Assembly (NCBI GenBank): GCA_049724395.1
Contig: JAUGWO010000128.1
Location: forward strand, 62,001 to 126,000
Direction of reading: 5' to 3'
Length of the DNA stretch: 64,000 bases
Source of the DNA: Spongospora subterranea f. sp. subterranea
Lineage: Eukaryota
The notes below the pieces were generated by a model. The model was not told where the DNA came from, made no database searches, and saw nothing but the letters and a program-made list of their open reading frames with translations. Below are positions 34,681 through 47,528 of this stretch, in pieces. Each line of letters starts with the position of its first letter. Position 1 is the stretch's first letter. Position numbers and translations under genes: made by a program.

Positions 34681-37600
34681 ATGGTACAGAAAAGCAGAGC
34701 TCGTTCTGCAGCTAAAAAACAGTCTAAAGTCAAAGAGAAAGAAATCGTTCGAAGACAAAAGGTAATGTTTTAATTTCTGTCGAGTCAATCGTGTGCAGCT
34801 TGAGTTTTTCGACCGTGTCTCTGTTAACGATGCTTGCAATTTCGTCACTTCGTGAACCTTATCAAGTGACGTTTGGCGGGGCTGTGGTTGTAGATCAATG
34901 AAACACAAGAGAACGAAATTGATCTGTTGACGAATATGTATCTAGAAGATTTTACTGTTTTGGACGACGATATCGATTACGAATTTCCCCGAGTATTTTC
35001 AGTCACCGTTCGGGGCCGAAACGAAAGTAATCTACAATTAACCCTTCGTGTTCGGTATTTCATTGACGCATCAGATTTTGTGGTTATTATAGCCATCTCA
35101 TTATTGTGTAATACGTAGGGTTCCAAGGGAATATCCTGACGATGCACTTAACCTGTCATTGGTTAACGTTAAAGGACTTTTGCCCCAAGACCAAAGGGTG
35201 TGCTGTTTGACCGTGATGGTTTGCATTATTGGCATTAATTTTTCAGCAGGAGCTGCTCGTCAACGTCTCTGAGCTTTCAAAATCAAAAATTGGTGAAGTG
35301 TGCGTTTACGATTGTGTTACTTTGTGCACGGATTATCTTGATGATCACGGTAAGTACAATGAAAGTGTTTATGATGATCTTTTAAGCGCCTCTTTCTCAG
35401 GGTTCATAATGCCTGAATCATTTCATGCCGAGATGACTAATCGGCTAGCGCTGAAAAATGAGCTTCAGACACAAACTGAACAGGAGCGGAGAAGGCAGCA
35501 GGAAAATATTGAGAACTCAATTTTCCAGCAGAGAGTTGAAGAAGAAATATATAAAAAAACTGCCCGGATTGAACGACATAAAACAAGTTCTTCACCTGGT
35601 ACAGGTACGAATCGAAGTTCCTCAAGCTGAGCATGATTAAATTAGCTTTTGCGATCAGTTACTGTCGCTAGTTCGCCCAAACCTAACGGAGGCATGGGAA
35701 TTTTTGCTATGGAAGATCTCGATTTTGACTCTTTTTCGTAAGTTTTTTTGCGTTGCCGATGGCTTGTAATCACCGTTTGCGTCTCCGCAGGGATGCGAAG
35801 GACGATGAAATGGGATATTCTACGAATGGCTCATCCGGGTCAGCGACCGATGATAATAATAGTACCGAGGAGACCGAAGATCAAACAGGTGACCGGAAAG
35901 AGGATCGCCTAACGTTTTAGTGCATATTAACCTCATCGAAGATGACGAGATGATTGCGATGTCCTTCAATGAGCAAGTTGGAACTCCACTTCAGCTTTTC
36001 CTGACCAAGAGGAATAATCAGCAGGTCGGTCGCATAATGCCGGTATGCTCCAAAACTCTGTTTTATTACATTTATTAACACAAAGTAGTCTGTTCAGCCC
36101 ATATCAGTTTCTATTCCGAATGCACCGAAAATGCCCTCGTTATACGATGTCTCTATCCAATTACGTAAATCGTCTAGATATTTGGAAAATTTTGCCGAGC
36201 TCGGTGTCCTTGGCCGGGGAGGGTTCGGTAGCGTGGTTAAAGCCAGGTTTGTAGCATTATGAATCCCGTTCCTTGTTGTTAATTCCCCTCAGGAATGTCC
36301 TTGACGGTATTGTTTTTGGCGTGAAGAAGGTATGGATTCAGGCGTTTTTTCAATCGGGCAATACATAAATAATTTACAGGTTCCTTTACCGCTGCGCAAT
36401 CATAAAGCGCGAGCTCGTATTCTTAGAGAAGTGACTACCATCGCCAGGTATGTGTATATTATGTTTTTGTTATGGCAGATTATAACTGAATTGTCAGACT
36501 TCATCACCGTTACATCGGTATTTTACCTTTCCACATGGCTGGTCAGAATAGTTTTTTGAATTTGGAGCGTGCACAGTGAGGTATTATCAGAGTTGGATTG
36601 AGAGGTGCAGTTCTGCGCCTTCACCCAAAACACCTGTAAGTGGTGCTTTCACAGTAACTTCCACGCCGCATGCCACACATGATTCTGTTCACGATTGGAT
36701 GAGGTGTGAGACATTGTTGTGCCTCGGGTTTTTGCTCACCGTTTTCGGTTGCAGTGGAGCGATAAATTCTGCCGGGAGTGATGGGATTGATGACGACTCC
36801 CTTCCCGCGGAAAGAGAAACCCTGTAATTTAAGCCATGATCTCACTTGCGAATCATTGTAATATTTTTCTTTAGTTTTATACAATTCGAATACTGTCCGA
36901 ACAAGACGCTACGTGACGTTATCGACGAAGGTGGGCTCGCTGAGCACACCGCGTGGCGCATTATGAGACAGCTATGTGAAGCGCTTCACTACATACATCA
37001 GCAAGGAGTTGTTCATAGAGATATCAAGCCTGTCAGTGTCATGGGGTACGGTTCGCTGTTGTTGCTGAATTCTTTGATGTCATAGCCCAACGGTGTGTCG
37101 TTGATCTGTGTGCATATCCAAATATTTGCATCTCAAACCTGGTTGTAGTGTTTTTCGATGAAAGCGGGGATATCAAAATTGGGGATTTTGGTAATCGTTT
37201 ATACTAATAATCTCGACCCTTGGCGACTAACTTCGAAATACAGGACTCGCTGTATCTCGAAATGCCGACGATCCCATTGAAATGCCTTCTGATGACCATA
37301 AGCAGGCGGTTGGGCAATCGGTATCCGAGGTTGCTGGGACGCCTTATTATAGGTCTCCAGAGTTGGAAGCCGGTAATTATCGTTGATTTCACAAAAGTGT
37401 CTCAACGCTGTTCAACAGGAGGAATTGTTTCCGAAAAGACCGACATGTATGCCCTTGGAATCACTCTTTTTGAAATGTTCACATCTTTTTCCACCTTGAT
37501 GGAACGTCATGTCGCATTGACAGCGCTGCGTAAAACCGGTTGGGAGCGACATTGCGATGCATAAATTAATCTGACCTGTAACGCAGGAAGATGCAATCTT

Positions 37601-40550
37601 GAAATGGAATTCTCCTGTAAACGTTTTGGCAAAGAATTCAGGGCCATAACATGCATGCTACTTGCCCCTAATCCAAAAGACCGTCCCTCCGCCGATGCAT
37701 TACTTCGGTAGAGTTCAAATGTCAGTCAATATTCAGTGCCTTGCACCAACCGGTTTTACAGTCAAGGATTGATTCCTCTGGCAGAAGATGAGGCTCAAAT
37801 ACAGTCTTCTCTTGATGCATTGTCAATCCCAACTTCAACATTCCGCTCTCGAGTCGTTGAAGCCCTTTTCCGTCTAACACCAGATCGAGCTGTCGATGTC
37901 ACCTACGATATGGACCCTCTGTCGCTTACTAACTTAACTCAGGTCTGCCCGGCCATCATCAATGGTCAGATGATCATCTAAACATACTCTACAGACGCCA
38001 GCGTCGGTACTCACTTCCTTTGCTATAAAAACCGTCAATCGAATTGAGGATATTTTTCGCCGACATGGTGCGGTCAAATATTCTACACCGATTTTGACTC
38101 CGAAGCGTATGTCGGTAGCAACCTGGTAGATGATTGCTAAAGATTTTTGATTTTCAGTCACCGTTATCAAAGAAAGCAGTCCCATCGTGATGCTGGATGC
38201 GTATGGCGTTCTAGTCCAACTGCCTCATTCATTAACTGTTCCCTTTGCCAGAACGGTAAAAGCGATGTGAATTATCAGCTCTTTCGTTGATCGCAAAGGA
38301 CTTGCAGGTTGCTCTTCGCTCAATCACCAGCATGCGACGTTATGATATTTCCCGAGTGTATCGCCAACCTGCTGGGGGCGGACAGCCCATCCAGATCCTC
38401 GTTGCCGCGTTCGACATGGTAAGAAAGGATTTGCTGTTTTTCAACCCGTAATCAACCGTATCAGGTCTACCTCTCATCAACTCCTCGTCGGCTGAATTTG
38501 TTATATACCTGTGAATTATTACGTGTACTGGACGACACATTATCTGTTCTTATTGGTGCAAATAACCGGGCTGTCATCTACGTTAATGATTTAATCATTC
38601 TGGAAGCGATTCTTGAGCAAGTTGTTCCGCTGGACAAATTTCCTCAGGTTGTCCATTTTTCAAAAAGTTTTCAAATTGGCTGATTCTAGCTTTCGCAGGC
38701 CCGACCAGCTATAGAATCACAGTTTGGCCGAGTGTGTTATAGTTCTTGGTCGCAAATCCGTCGCTCTCTCATTCAAGGTCGGTGATCCAGTGCATGTACC
38801 TCTTATCTAAACGTGGTGTAGATTATGGTTTGACTGAAGAATCAGCCCTTGTTCTTGATTGCTACGCAGCGATGAGGGGGGACCCTGCTGCTATACTTCC
38901 AAAGTATGCATCGTACCTACTGGTCTTTAGGAGATTTCACTAGTGGTTGCTTAGGTTTGAAGCTGCCTTGAATGGGCACGGTCTGGGTGCGCTACCGTTT
39001 ATCCGAGCGGCGCTAGAATCGCTAAAATCTTTGTTTCGTTTGATCGATGAAACTCGTTTAACCCACAAGGTACGGCATGACGTTGGTCATGTTTTCGGTT
39101 TTAACCAATCATAGATTCGTTTCCACGCCTGTATCGTCGCTGATTGGCATGTTTATCGAAGGGGCCTCGTATTCCAGGTTTCAGATATCTCAACTTCCGT
39201 CGTGGGTTTCATCAACCGTCATAGGTGGTTCACGATGCATCTGGTGTTCACAAGAGCATCGCAATCGGAGGACGGTGGGCTCACGGTTTTGTGACAGCCT
39301 TGTATTTGTATATTTACTCCGCTTTCGCCGCAGTTATGACGATCTTATCTCTCGTTTCCAATCCCCAGCGTCAAAATCCACTCCACAGTGTGCACTAGGA
39401 ATGTCGATCGCCCTTGAATCCCTGCTTCCGAACGGGTCGCAAGATCAAGGCGTATCTTCCTCTGTTCTGCTGTTCTGCAACGCCAACAAACTTCTGGAAG
39501 AACGGTACATAATTTTTGAGCGCTCGCGTGTATACTAATGCTGTTTAGTTTTCGGCTTGCAGTAAACTTGTGGTCGAACGGGTTTCAGGCTGAATATGAT
39601 GTGGATCCATCAGTCACTCTCGCCGCCCTTCCCAGGTATTGCCGCCTGCGCAACATACGCTTTCTGGTCGTGTTCAGAGCCGCGCAATACAGTTCGGGCA
39701 CGGTCGGTATTTCGCTTCCTAAACCATTTCCATCTCACGAGGTGTTCCAGGTAAAAGTCTTTGACATTACCAAGCACCATCAACATGGTGATCGCCACGC
39801 TCAAGGTCATCCTGTAAGTTGAGCCACACTGCTCATGTCGGCTCATTCACATTTTTCCAGGTTGAACTAAATAATCTGATATCGCATTTGCAAGCGGTGT
39901 CTGGCCGCAAGGGCGGTACTGTGGTCCATGAAAAAGGTGCAGTACATGTTCCGACTTTCGATTGTCACATCCTCACTTTTTCGTGCTGCAGATATCCATG
40001 CTGCCGGGGCTGACGCGAATACAACAATGGCGCAAGGCGCAGCTGCTGCATCATCTTCCACAGCGGCACCGATCGGCAGCCGAAATGTTGTTGAGATTAT
40101 CGAAGATAGTGAATCCGGAACATCGATTCGTGGTCATGTTCGGTCCGTTGCTGAATTGTCTATTGTTGTTGCTTTTTTTCATTTTTGGTCTTAGCAATCA
40201 ACACATTCCGAACGGCAACCACCTTGTCCACTCCGCTCACAGCGGGCTGTGAAGCCAGCCAATATCGAATTGGTAATCCTAAACATGAACATCCCCGATT
40301 GCCATATTCACTCCGTTTAGTCGCTATTCCCTTACCGATATCGGCCATCCGCCTTTGCCTCTCGGCTTTCTACACCGGTCATGTGGAAGGGATGCGTTTG
40401 CACTGTGGCTCGGCGAGGCACGCATGGAGGAGCTTGCTGTTGCTGTTCGTAGATTGGCTTCAGCAACAGCTAGAAAGAAATCGCATCACATTGCGCTATA
40501 TCTTCATTTACTCAACCGAAGACAGGAAGCTCGATCTATTACAGCTTTAA
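34681..40550 (+). CDS. GCN2: eIF2-alpha kinase GCN2 (RWD, kinase, HisRS-like), many exons
   Basis: RWD: QENEIDLLTNMY..YPD. Kinase: SRYLENFAELGVLGRGGFGSVVKA, RILREVTTIAR, RYYQSWIE, EYCPNKTLRDVI, HRDIKP, GDFG, GTPYY, KTDMYALGITLFEM. HisRS-like: IFRRHGAV, RRYDISRVYR, IAIGG.YDDLI. Confidence 0.93.
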
Positions 40551-40593
40551 TATAAATATTGTCTCAAACGAATAATAACTTAATTTCGAAAAT

Positions 40594-41917
40594 TTAATGC
40601 CGGTTCCTCTGCGACACCTTTATCGACCTTTGCTTCACTTTCTTCTTCATTTTGTATTTCCTTGATTCGCGTTTCTCTTCTTTGACCTCGGCTTTTGCCG
40701 CTTTCCGCATCGCCCGGCGCTGGGCTTTATCTGGACCCTCTGGCCTATCTTCCCACTCTTTTTCCTCGTCGTCATCGCTATCGTCATCAGTTTCGTCGCT
40801 TTCCTCCTCGTCGCTGCCCACAACCATGCGTTTCAAAGCACTGCTCAACGCCGAACTATCGCCGATCTCTTTCCTGGCCCCATCACCGTCCCAATCCCAC
40901 AGTTCGTCCAGCGTCCTTGGCACCGTCGTCTGTTCCCAGACAATATCATCGTCTTGGTCCTGCTCCATTTGATTCAGCTCATCGATTCGCCTTTCGACGT
41001 CGTCAGAGCTGACGAGCGATTCGTCGACAACGAATTCGAACAGCGTCCGAATCGATAAACAGTCGACGCCCTTCTTCTTGAAGAACGCCGTCACGTTCCG
41101 GCAGTCGATTCGGAGGAAATCGAACGCCATCGGGTGATCCCGCTCAACCGATTGCGAGACGTCAATGATATAGGGCTCCCCATCGTGGACCAGAATATTG
41201 TACTCGCTGAGATCGGCGTGAACCAGACGGCAATCGTGGTAGATGGCGTGCATGATGACGATCAATCGCCGATAGAGGGTCATGGCCAAGGTCGGCGTCA
41301 CGCAGGCGTCTTTCAGTCGTGGAGCGGCGTCCTCCCCCTCCCCAACCAACGTCATCACCAACACGTTCTTTCGTAGGACGATCGGCCTAAACCTCTGTTA
41401 ACTCAAAAGAAAAACATGGTTGTTGTGAAAAAGCGGAAACCCCGATGTTGTCGCGGGCGAAAACGACGATAGTGGTTTACCTGGGACAAGGTATTCCCGC
41501 CTTGTTCAAACGCAACAGATTTCGCATCTCTTTCTCGGCCCATTGTACAACCATATTGAGGTTATTCCCAGGTCGAACGGTTCCCCCTCGCATTCGGTGC
41601 TCGCCGATCACGTACTTCTGCCGGTCCTTGAACACGAGAATGGCGCTCTTGTAGATCTTGACGGCCAAACGCTCCTGTTCGGGGCTGACCGCGGCGTAGA
41701 CGTTGGCCTCTTTCCCAGTCGATATACAGCCGCCGATGCCCTGGATGGTGCCGTTGTTGAGCAGGCGGAACAGGATCAGGCGAACGCGCCGGTCGATGCA
41801 CTGGTCGGTCGTGGCGCGATCCTCTCGCGTGATACCCAGGCCCATGTTCCCACCAGATACCGACATCGTACCGCACGCCACATCCTCAACATTATCATCA
41901 TCGTCGTCAATACCCAT
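40594..41917 (-). CDS. RIO1: RIO1 atypical protein kinase; 5-prime end (to ~42290) unresolved
   Basis: [88 protein letters not shown], basic C-terminal tail. Confidence 0.95.
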
Positions 41918-42568
41918 CCTATCGTCAAAAGAACGTCACGATTCCTGTGTTGTCAGACAGGCGACCTCGGACAAACTCCGTCACGGATTTTTGCGCCATC
42001 GTGCCACATTCTGTCTGCAACGCCCAACATCAGCAAGACGCAACGATGTCTTTCCCAGAACGTTCATTTGGTGTTGGTATCTGATCGACGAAAAGTTTTA
42101 TCGATTTCGTCAAGATTGCGATATTTATGAACAAGATCATGTCCCAATCGACCCACAGTTTGTCATATTCATTAAACTTGACCAGTTATCTGGCGATAAT
42201 ATTTAGCCCTGGCCTCATACCCTCCGTCATCATCAGTTTCTTCTTTTCATCTATTGCTCGTGTATGGGGGGGGTTGATTTGTTCTACTCATTGACACGAT
42301 CCTCCAGGCTCTGGGGAGGTCGTTAACTGTCTGGAATCGGATGGCGAAGAACAATACGGCGTTGTTGGTCGCTGGGGATCCCGTGTACACCCGACGATCC
42401 ATCTCAATTGACAGACCAATATCGGGATCGGCAGGGACATCGCTGTGTGTCGCCATGGTTATCGCCACAGCGCCGTCCAGAAGCCGAACCGACGTCATAT
42501 CGTTGAACCGTTCCGAAGCGCGGCGCTCGACCAGCTCGACAGACGGTGCTGGCCACGACGCCGGCTTC

Positions 42569-44079
42569 ATGCTCACCTACTTTAAACACGCCCATCCGTT
42601 CCCATCGCCGCCGTTATCGCCAGTCGCCCGATCCCATCCCAATTCCCCGTTCCTTCGCCACTCCCCGCGTCGTCAGGGCGATTATGTGTCGCTGACCGAC
42701 CCCGACGACGACGACGACTCGGACGACGACGCGTCGCCGACGCAATCGCTGAGAGCGAATAAGGCGGTGTACGCTCTGTGCATATTGAACTGTTTCATGG
42801 TCTTCCCCAACAGTCTAATCGGCCCGTTTTTTCCTGGATTGGCGCTGGAATGTGGAGTGTCGTTGACCAGCGCCGGGATCATTTTGTCGATGTTCCCGAT
42901 TGGGATGTTCACAACCGGCCCCTTCATTGGAATACTGACCAGGAACGTTCAGCCCAGGACGACCACGTTCGCCGGCGGATTCCTCCTGACCGTCTGCACT
43001 ATCGCGTTCGCGTTCGTGGACGGGTTCACGGGATTGGAGTTCATCGTGATCTCATCGGGGATTCGGTTCCTGCAAGGGATCGGCGGTTCAGCATATAGCT
43101 GCGGTTCCAGTACATTGGTGCTGAAGATGTTCCCCAGACACATCAGTATCACGGCGGGGATGTTGGAGATGGCCGCCAGTATTGGATACCTGATCGGACC
43201 GCTGATTGGCGGATTCCTTTATCGCTGGGGCGGATTCCGTCCGCCCTTCTTCGGTAAGGTTCCAGCACCCCACGCCCATCGCCCAACGATCCCGAAACTG
43301 ATCGGTCGCCAGGGATTGGATTGCTGACGATGATGGCGATGATTCCGTTATGGTTCATGGACCTATCGGTACCGGAATACCGACTGACCGACGACGACGA
43401 CGACGGCAACGACGACGACGTTGGAAGGAAATCGATAACCCCAATGGATATTCTGCGATCACCGAATGTGATCCCATTGATGGTTCTGAACATGATGGGA
43501 ATGGCGGTGCTGGGTCTACAGGAGCTGGCGATCGTCCCGGTCCTGTCCGCTGTTGGCGCCACGATGGGCCAGGTCACGTCCGTCTTCGTCATGACCAGCG
43601 TGATCTATGGCGTGTTCTCGGGCGTCACCGGCTGGGTCAACACGAAGTACCCGCAGATGACGTCGCTGGTCCTGCTATACGGGTCGTTGATCCTGGGCGG
43701 AGGATTGGCCTGGTTCGGCGGCGGATTGGACGACATCATATCGGATACGCTCCCCCTAGCGTGTATATCGTTGGTCGTTCTCATGATCGGCTTCTCCATG
43801 TCGCAGAACCCGATATTGCCCATATTGGTCGATATGACGTCCGGTCTTGGCCCCGATTCCGTTCATGTGCTGTCGGGGGTTCTCGCGTCGTCGGTTGGCC
43901 TTGGGGAGATCATCGGCCCGATCATCGCCGGTCTTCTGTTCGACTCGATCGGATTACCGTTGGGCGCGTCAATCATGGCCGGCACCATATTCCTCATCGC
44001 CGGACTGGTGTTCATTCAATTACGGCGGACCTATAGGGCGGCGGCGCCAGGTTATTCGGCTCTGGTCGTTGACGTTTGA
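42569..44079 (+). CDS. MFS transporter (SLC18B1-like), one intron ~43254-43312
   Basis: NSLIGPFFP, IRFLQGIGG, AGMLEMAASIGYLIGPLIGGFLYRWGGFRPPFF, GLGEIIGPIIAG; about 12 hydrophobic segments. Confidence 0.88.
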
Positions 44080-44149
44080 CACGACCGATCACGACTCATA
44101 ATCTCAGATAATTCAATTAAACTATTATATGTCCCGTTAAAATTGACCG

Positions 44150-45042
44150 TCATTTCACTGTGGTTATTGATCCGGCAGAAAGATACAGCGAGCCCATGCC
44201 AGGTAACGTATCTACGATGATATCAGCGTATCGTCCCAGCACGGTTGCGATCATGTATGCTCGACAGGTGGATCGTTCAATCTGGTTTAGCAGCCTTCGA
44301 TAAGTCTGAGCAGTTACGAAGATCGCCAATTCCGAACTAGGTTCGGTTGATGTTGACAGACAACAGACGTCAGGAACACATGGACCGTCTGGCAGATATT
44401 TTCTCAACAAATATTTGGGGTTTCACAAAAAACGTTTTTTTTTTAGAACAAAACGATATTAGTCTTTCAAAGCAACACGAGATAAGACATTTGTCGAGAT
44501 TATGATGACTTAAAGTAGGGAATGGCCGAATAAAAGGTTTAAGATTGTATCTCACCCTGTAGGACCGTAACAGTTATTCACATCTGACCAGAACATGCTC
44601 TCTGCCAGACATGACCAATAACCTGGCATAGCTCATAGACACCACCTCGTTAGAACGTCGACCTACAACATGCCAGCGCAGCCGACAATTCGGGTAAAAA
44701 CTTGACACAGAGGAAGAGCGACAGCGGATGGCGATAGCGAAGACAATCGTGTAAATTGGAGCAGTGTTTTATGGGTTTTCGCGAGTATTGTTGATGTGGT
44801 CATCACCATCACATACCGACTGGAAAACCGGCAGCAGTAAACAGCATTCGGTCACCAATGGCCGCGTCACCTCTTCATCAATCCTTGGCGTGGCGTCATC
44901 ATAGACACACGTATCCTTGACGAACTCTAACGTACCTGTGTAAGCTTTCACTACAAATCAATCAAGTGACGAATGTGAGATCGATCGCAAATCAACCTCT
45001 ACGAGACGCCGCCAATGTAGGATTTTCATTAACATTGCGCAT
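44150..45042 (-). CDS. Possible small multi-exon hypothetical gene
   Basis: Short ORFs (44992..45180, 44769..44951, 44150..44410) can be joined by GT-AG introns. No domain recognised. Confidence 0.25.
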
Positions 45043-45142
45043 CCAGTTCTCAAACCAAAGACGACCAATAATTAGAAATAGAAAGCTGTATTCTGTTGAT
45101 CCGGAACGCAGGCGTGATGAGTTCCATGCAGGTGTGAGACCC

Positions 45143-46699
45143 TTATTCGTCGTCGACCGAGCCTTGTTCTGTGGCCGCATGATCCCCCCCTGTGCTGCAG
45201 TGATCGTATTGTCGATACTCGTTCACGGTATCGGTCATGTCGTGCCCAGCTTCCTCGAACTGCATCTCGTCCATCCCTTCGCCAGTGTACCAGTGCAGGA
45301 AAGCTTTTTTCGACAGCATCGATGAGAACTGCTTCGATATACGATTGAAAACCGAGCAGACCGAAGACCCGTTCCCGATTAGAACCGAAGACATTCGAAC
45401 CCCCCTCGCTGGAACGTCGCAAACTGAAATATTTGAGAGCTCTACATACTAAAAATTTGACGCACTCAAAACCTGATGTTTGAACGCTATTCGGCATCCA
45501 TTCTACGAACATGCTCTTATTGCTGTGCTGAATCGCCTGTAGTGACTTATCAATATCGAGCGTTGAAATGGCACCACGATATAACGCTGACGCGGCTATA
45601 TATCGACCGGAATGTTTCGGGGAATCGGACCCACACATCGTACTACTGGGACTGAACATCTAACCCATTGTCAGAGAGCTGGGAGACTGACAAAAACACA
45701 GATTGCAATAATAAAACCTGCTTGGTCAGTTCCGATACCGACTGGGTTCGAAATGGCTGCGAACTCAACGCTGTTAACGGAGCGCAACTGAGCGAAAAAA
45801 AATGTAGTCGAGGAAACGGGCACAAATTCACACCCAGCTTCCTCAGATCGGTGTTAAGTTGACCTGGGAATCGCATTGACGCTGTCATGCCCGTTAACCC
45901 CATGGCAATAATCCGGTTGATATCCTCATATGCTGGCGTTCCAATGTGCAGTGAACCAGTTGCAATGTTGTACAGAGCTTCGTTGTCAATTACGAAGGTG
46001 TCGTCGGAGAACTCCTGAAGCGCATGGAACGACAGTGTGGCGTTATATGGCTCCACGACTGTATCTGACATCTTTGCGGATGGAAATATGGCAACATTGC
46101 TCAAAATACTTTCTGGATATTGCTCCTGGACAACAGGGATAAGAAATTTGAAAAGGGGCATGCACAGAACGGGAGTACCTTGATTAATTCGGCGATTCGC
46201 GTTCCCAAACCCGAACCTGTCCCACCTCCGATGGAATGGCTGATTTGAAACCCCTGCATGCAATCGGTTGCTTCCGCAAGTCGTCGAATCGTATCCATAA
46301 CTGAACCCATGATAGATGTGGCCTCTTCACCATTGTGCCCTTTCGCCCAGTTATTACTGGCGCTGCCGTGTCCGAATACCTTCCTCATCGAAATTAACAG
46401 ATGTTGCTATTAAATGGACGTAAACTTACCATATCGTCGGGGGTGAAGAGACCAGATAATGCTCCATTTGATAATCTTTCGTGAGTCGCTGGGTCCAGAT
46501 CCACCAATACGCACCTGGGAATAAACCGCCCTGAATATCCCTCGTTGAACAGCACATCGAGCCGGTCCAATTGTAAGTCGGACGTTCCCATGAACCGCCC
46601 TTGCTGATCGATACCATGCTCCTGGCAAACAGACTCCCAGAATGCGGTCCCGGCTTGATTACCACATTGACCTATCTGAACGCTCACAATCTCCCTCAT
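45143..46699 (-). CDS. Highly divergent beta-tubulin, multi-exon
   Basis: [99 protein letters not shown]. Confidence 0.93.
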
Positions 46700-47528
46700 T
46701 TGTCTGCTTGTGATTGACCCTGAATGGTCAAGTACGTCTGCCCAACAGACCTTTATATTGGCACGCGACTACCCATGTTTCATAGTTATTTAATTTACCC
46801 GAACCGGTCAAAATGATCTTGTATGACAATAGCTGAACGACTAGCGAGGTTGCTATGGCCGCTATGTAGATGAATGAACTTATTATTGAAAATATGACGC
46901 CCTCATGCTATGGAACTCTTGAATGAGCTTGTGAGATCAGAAGGTGCAGTGCAGTGATCAAATCATTGACCAATATTCATTCGCTATCCACAAAACTATC
47001 TACCGCTGCAAATTAAGCTACGTAGCGCTCTCTCCAAATCTGTCACCGTAGCACGTGCAATTCATGAATGAATGAATACAAGGAATGACGGATTTCACAA
47101 TTTTCAGAAACGGAAGGTGGTTGACCATAAGAATGAAGACCGACCATTGAAATCCCCAAAACAAAAAAAGTAATCAACGCGAATGAGTTAATGTTGTACA
47201 AGGAGTTTAGCTAATGATGAAATGAATATGATTGAGTTACTATAGCGCATATTGTACCCTATTACGATACAGTATCAGAAATGGGAGTGATGATCGGGTC
47301 ACAATCACACGATACGAGGTCATCGATCGTTTGATTGCAACACAAACGCGGCATGCACTGCAGTGATTGACAGTGGCCTGTCATGCATTTGATATTCGTA
47401 ACATCATGTGACGTGCTGTGCGAGTGCACATGTTGACGTGAACAGTGTGGGTTTGGGGACTCCCGTTACAGATTGTGGTGATTACTCAGGGTAATGCTAG
47501 TGTACATGTGCTGAACATCGTCATTATC

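Noticed and set aside
41543..44036. Long alternative-frame and antisense ORFs over RIO1 and the MFS gene
   Set aside because: They are by-products of GC-rich codon usage in the real genes.
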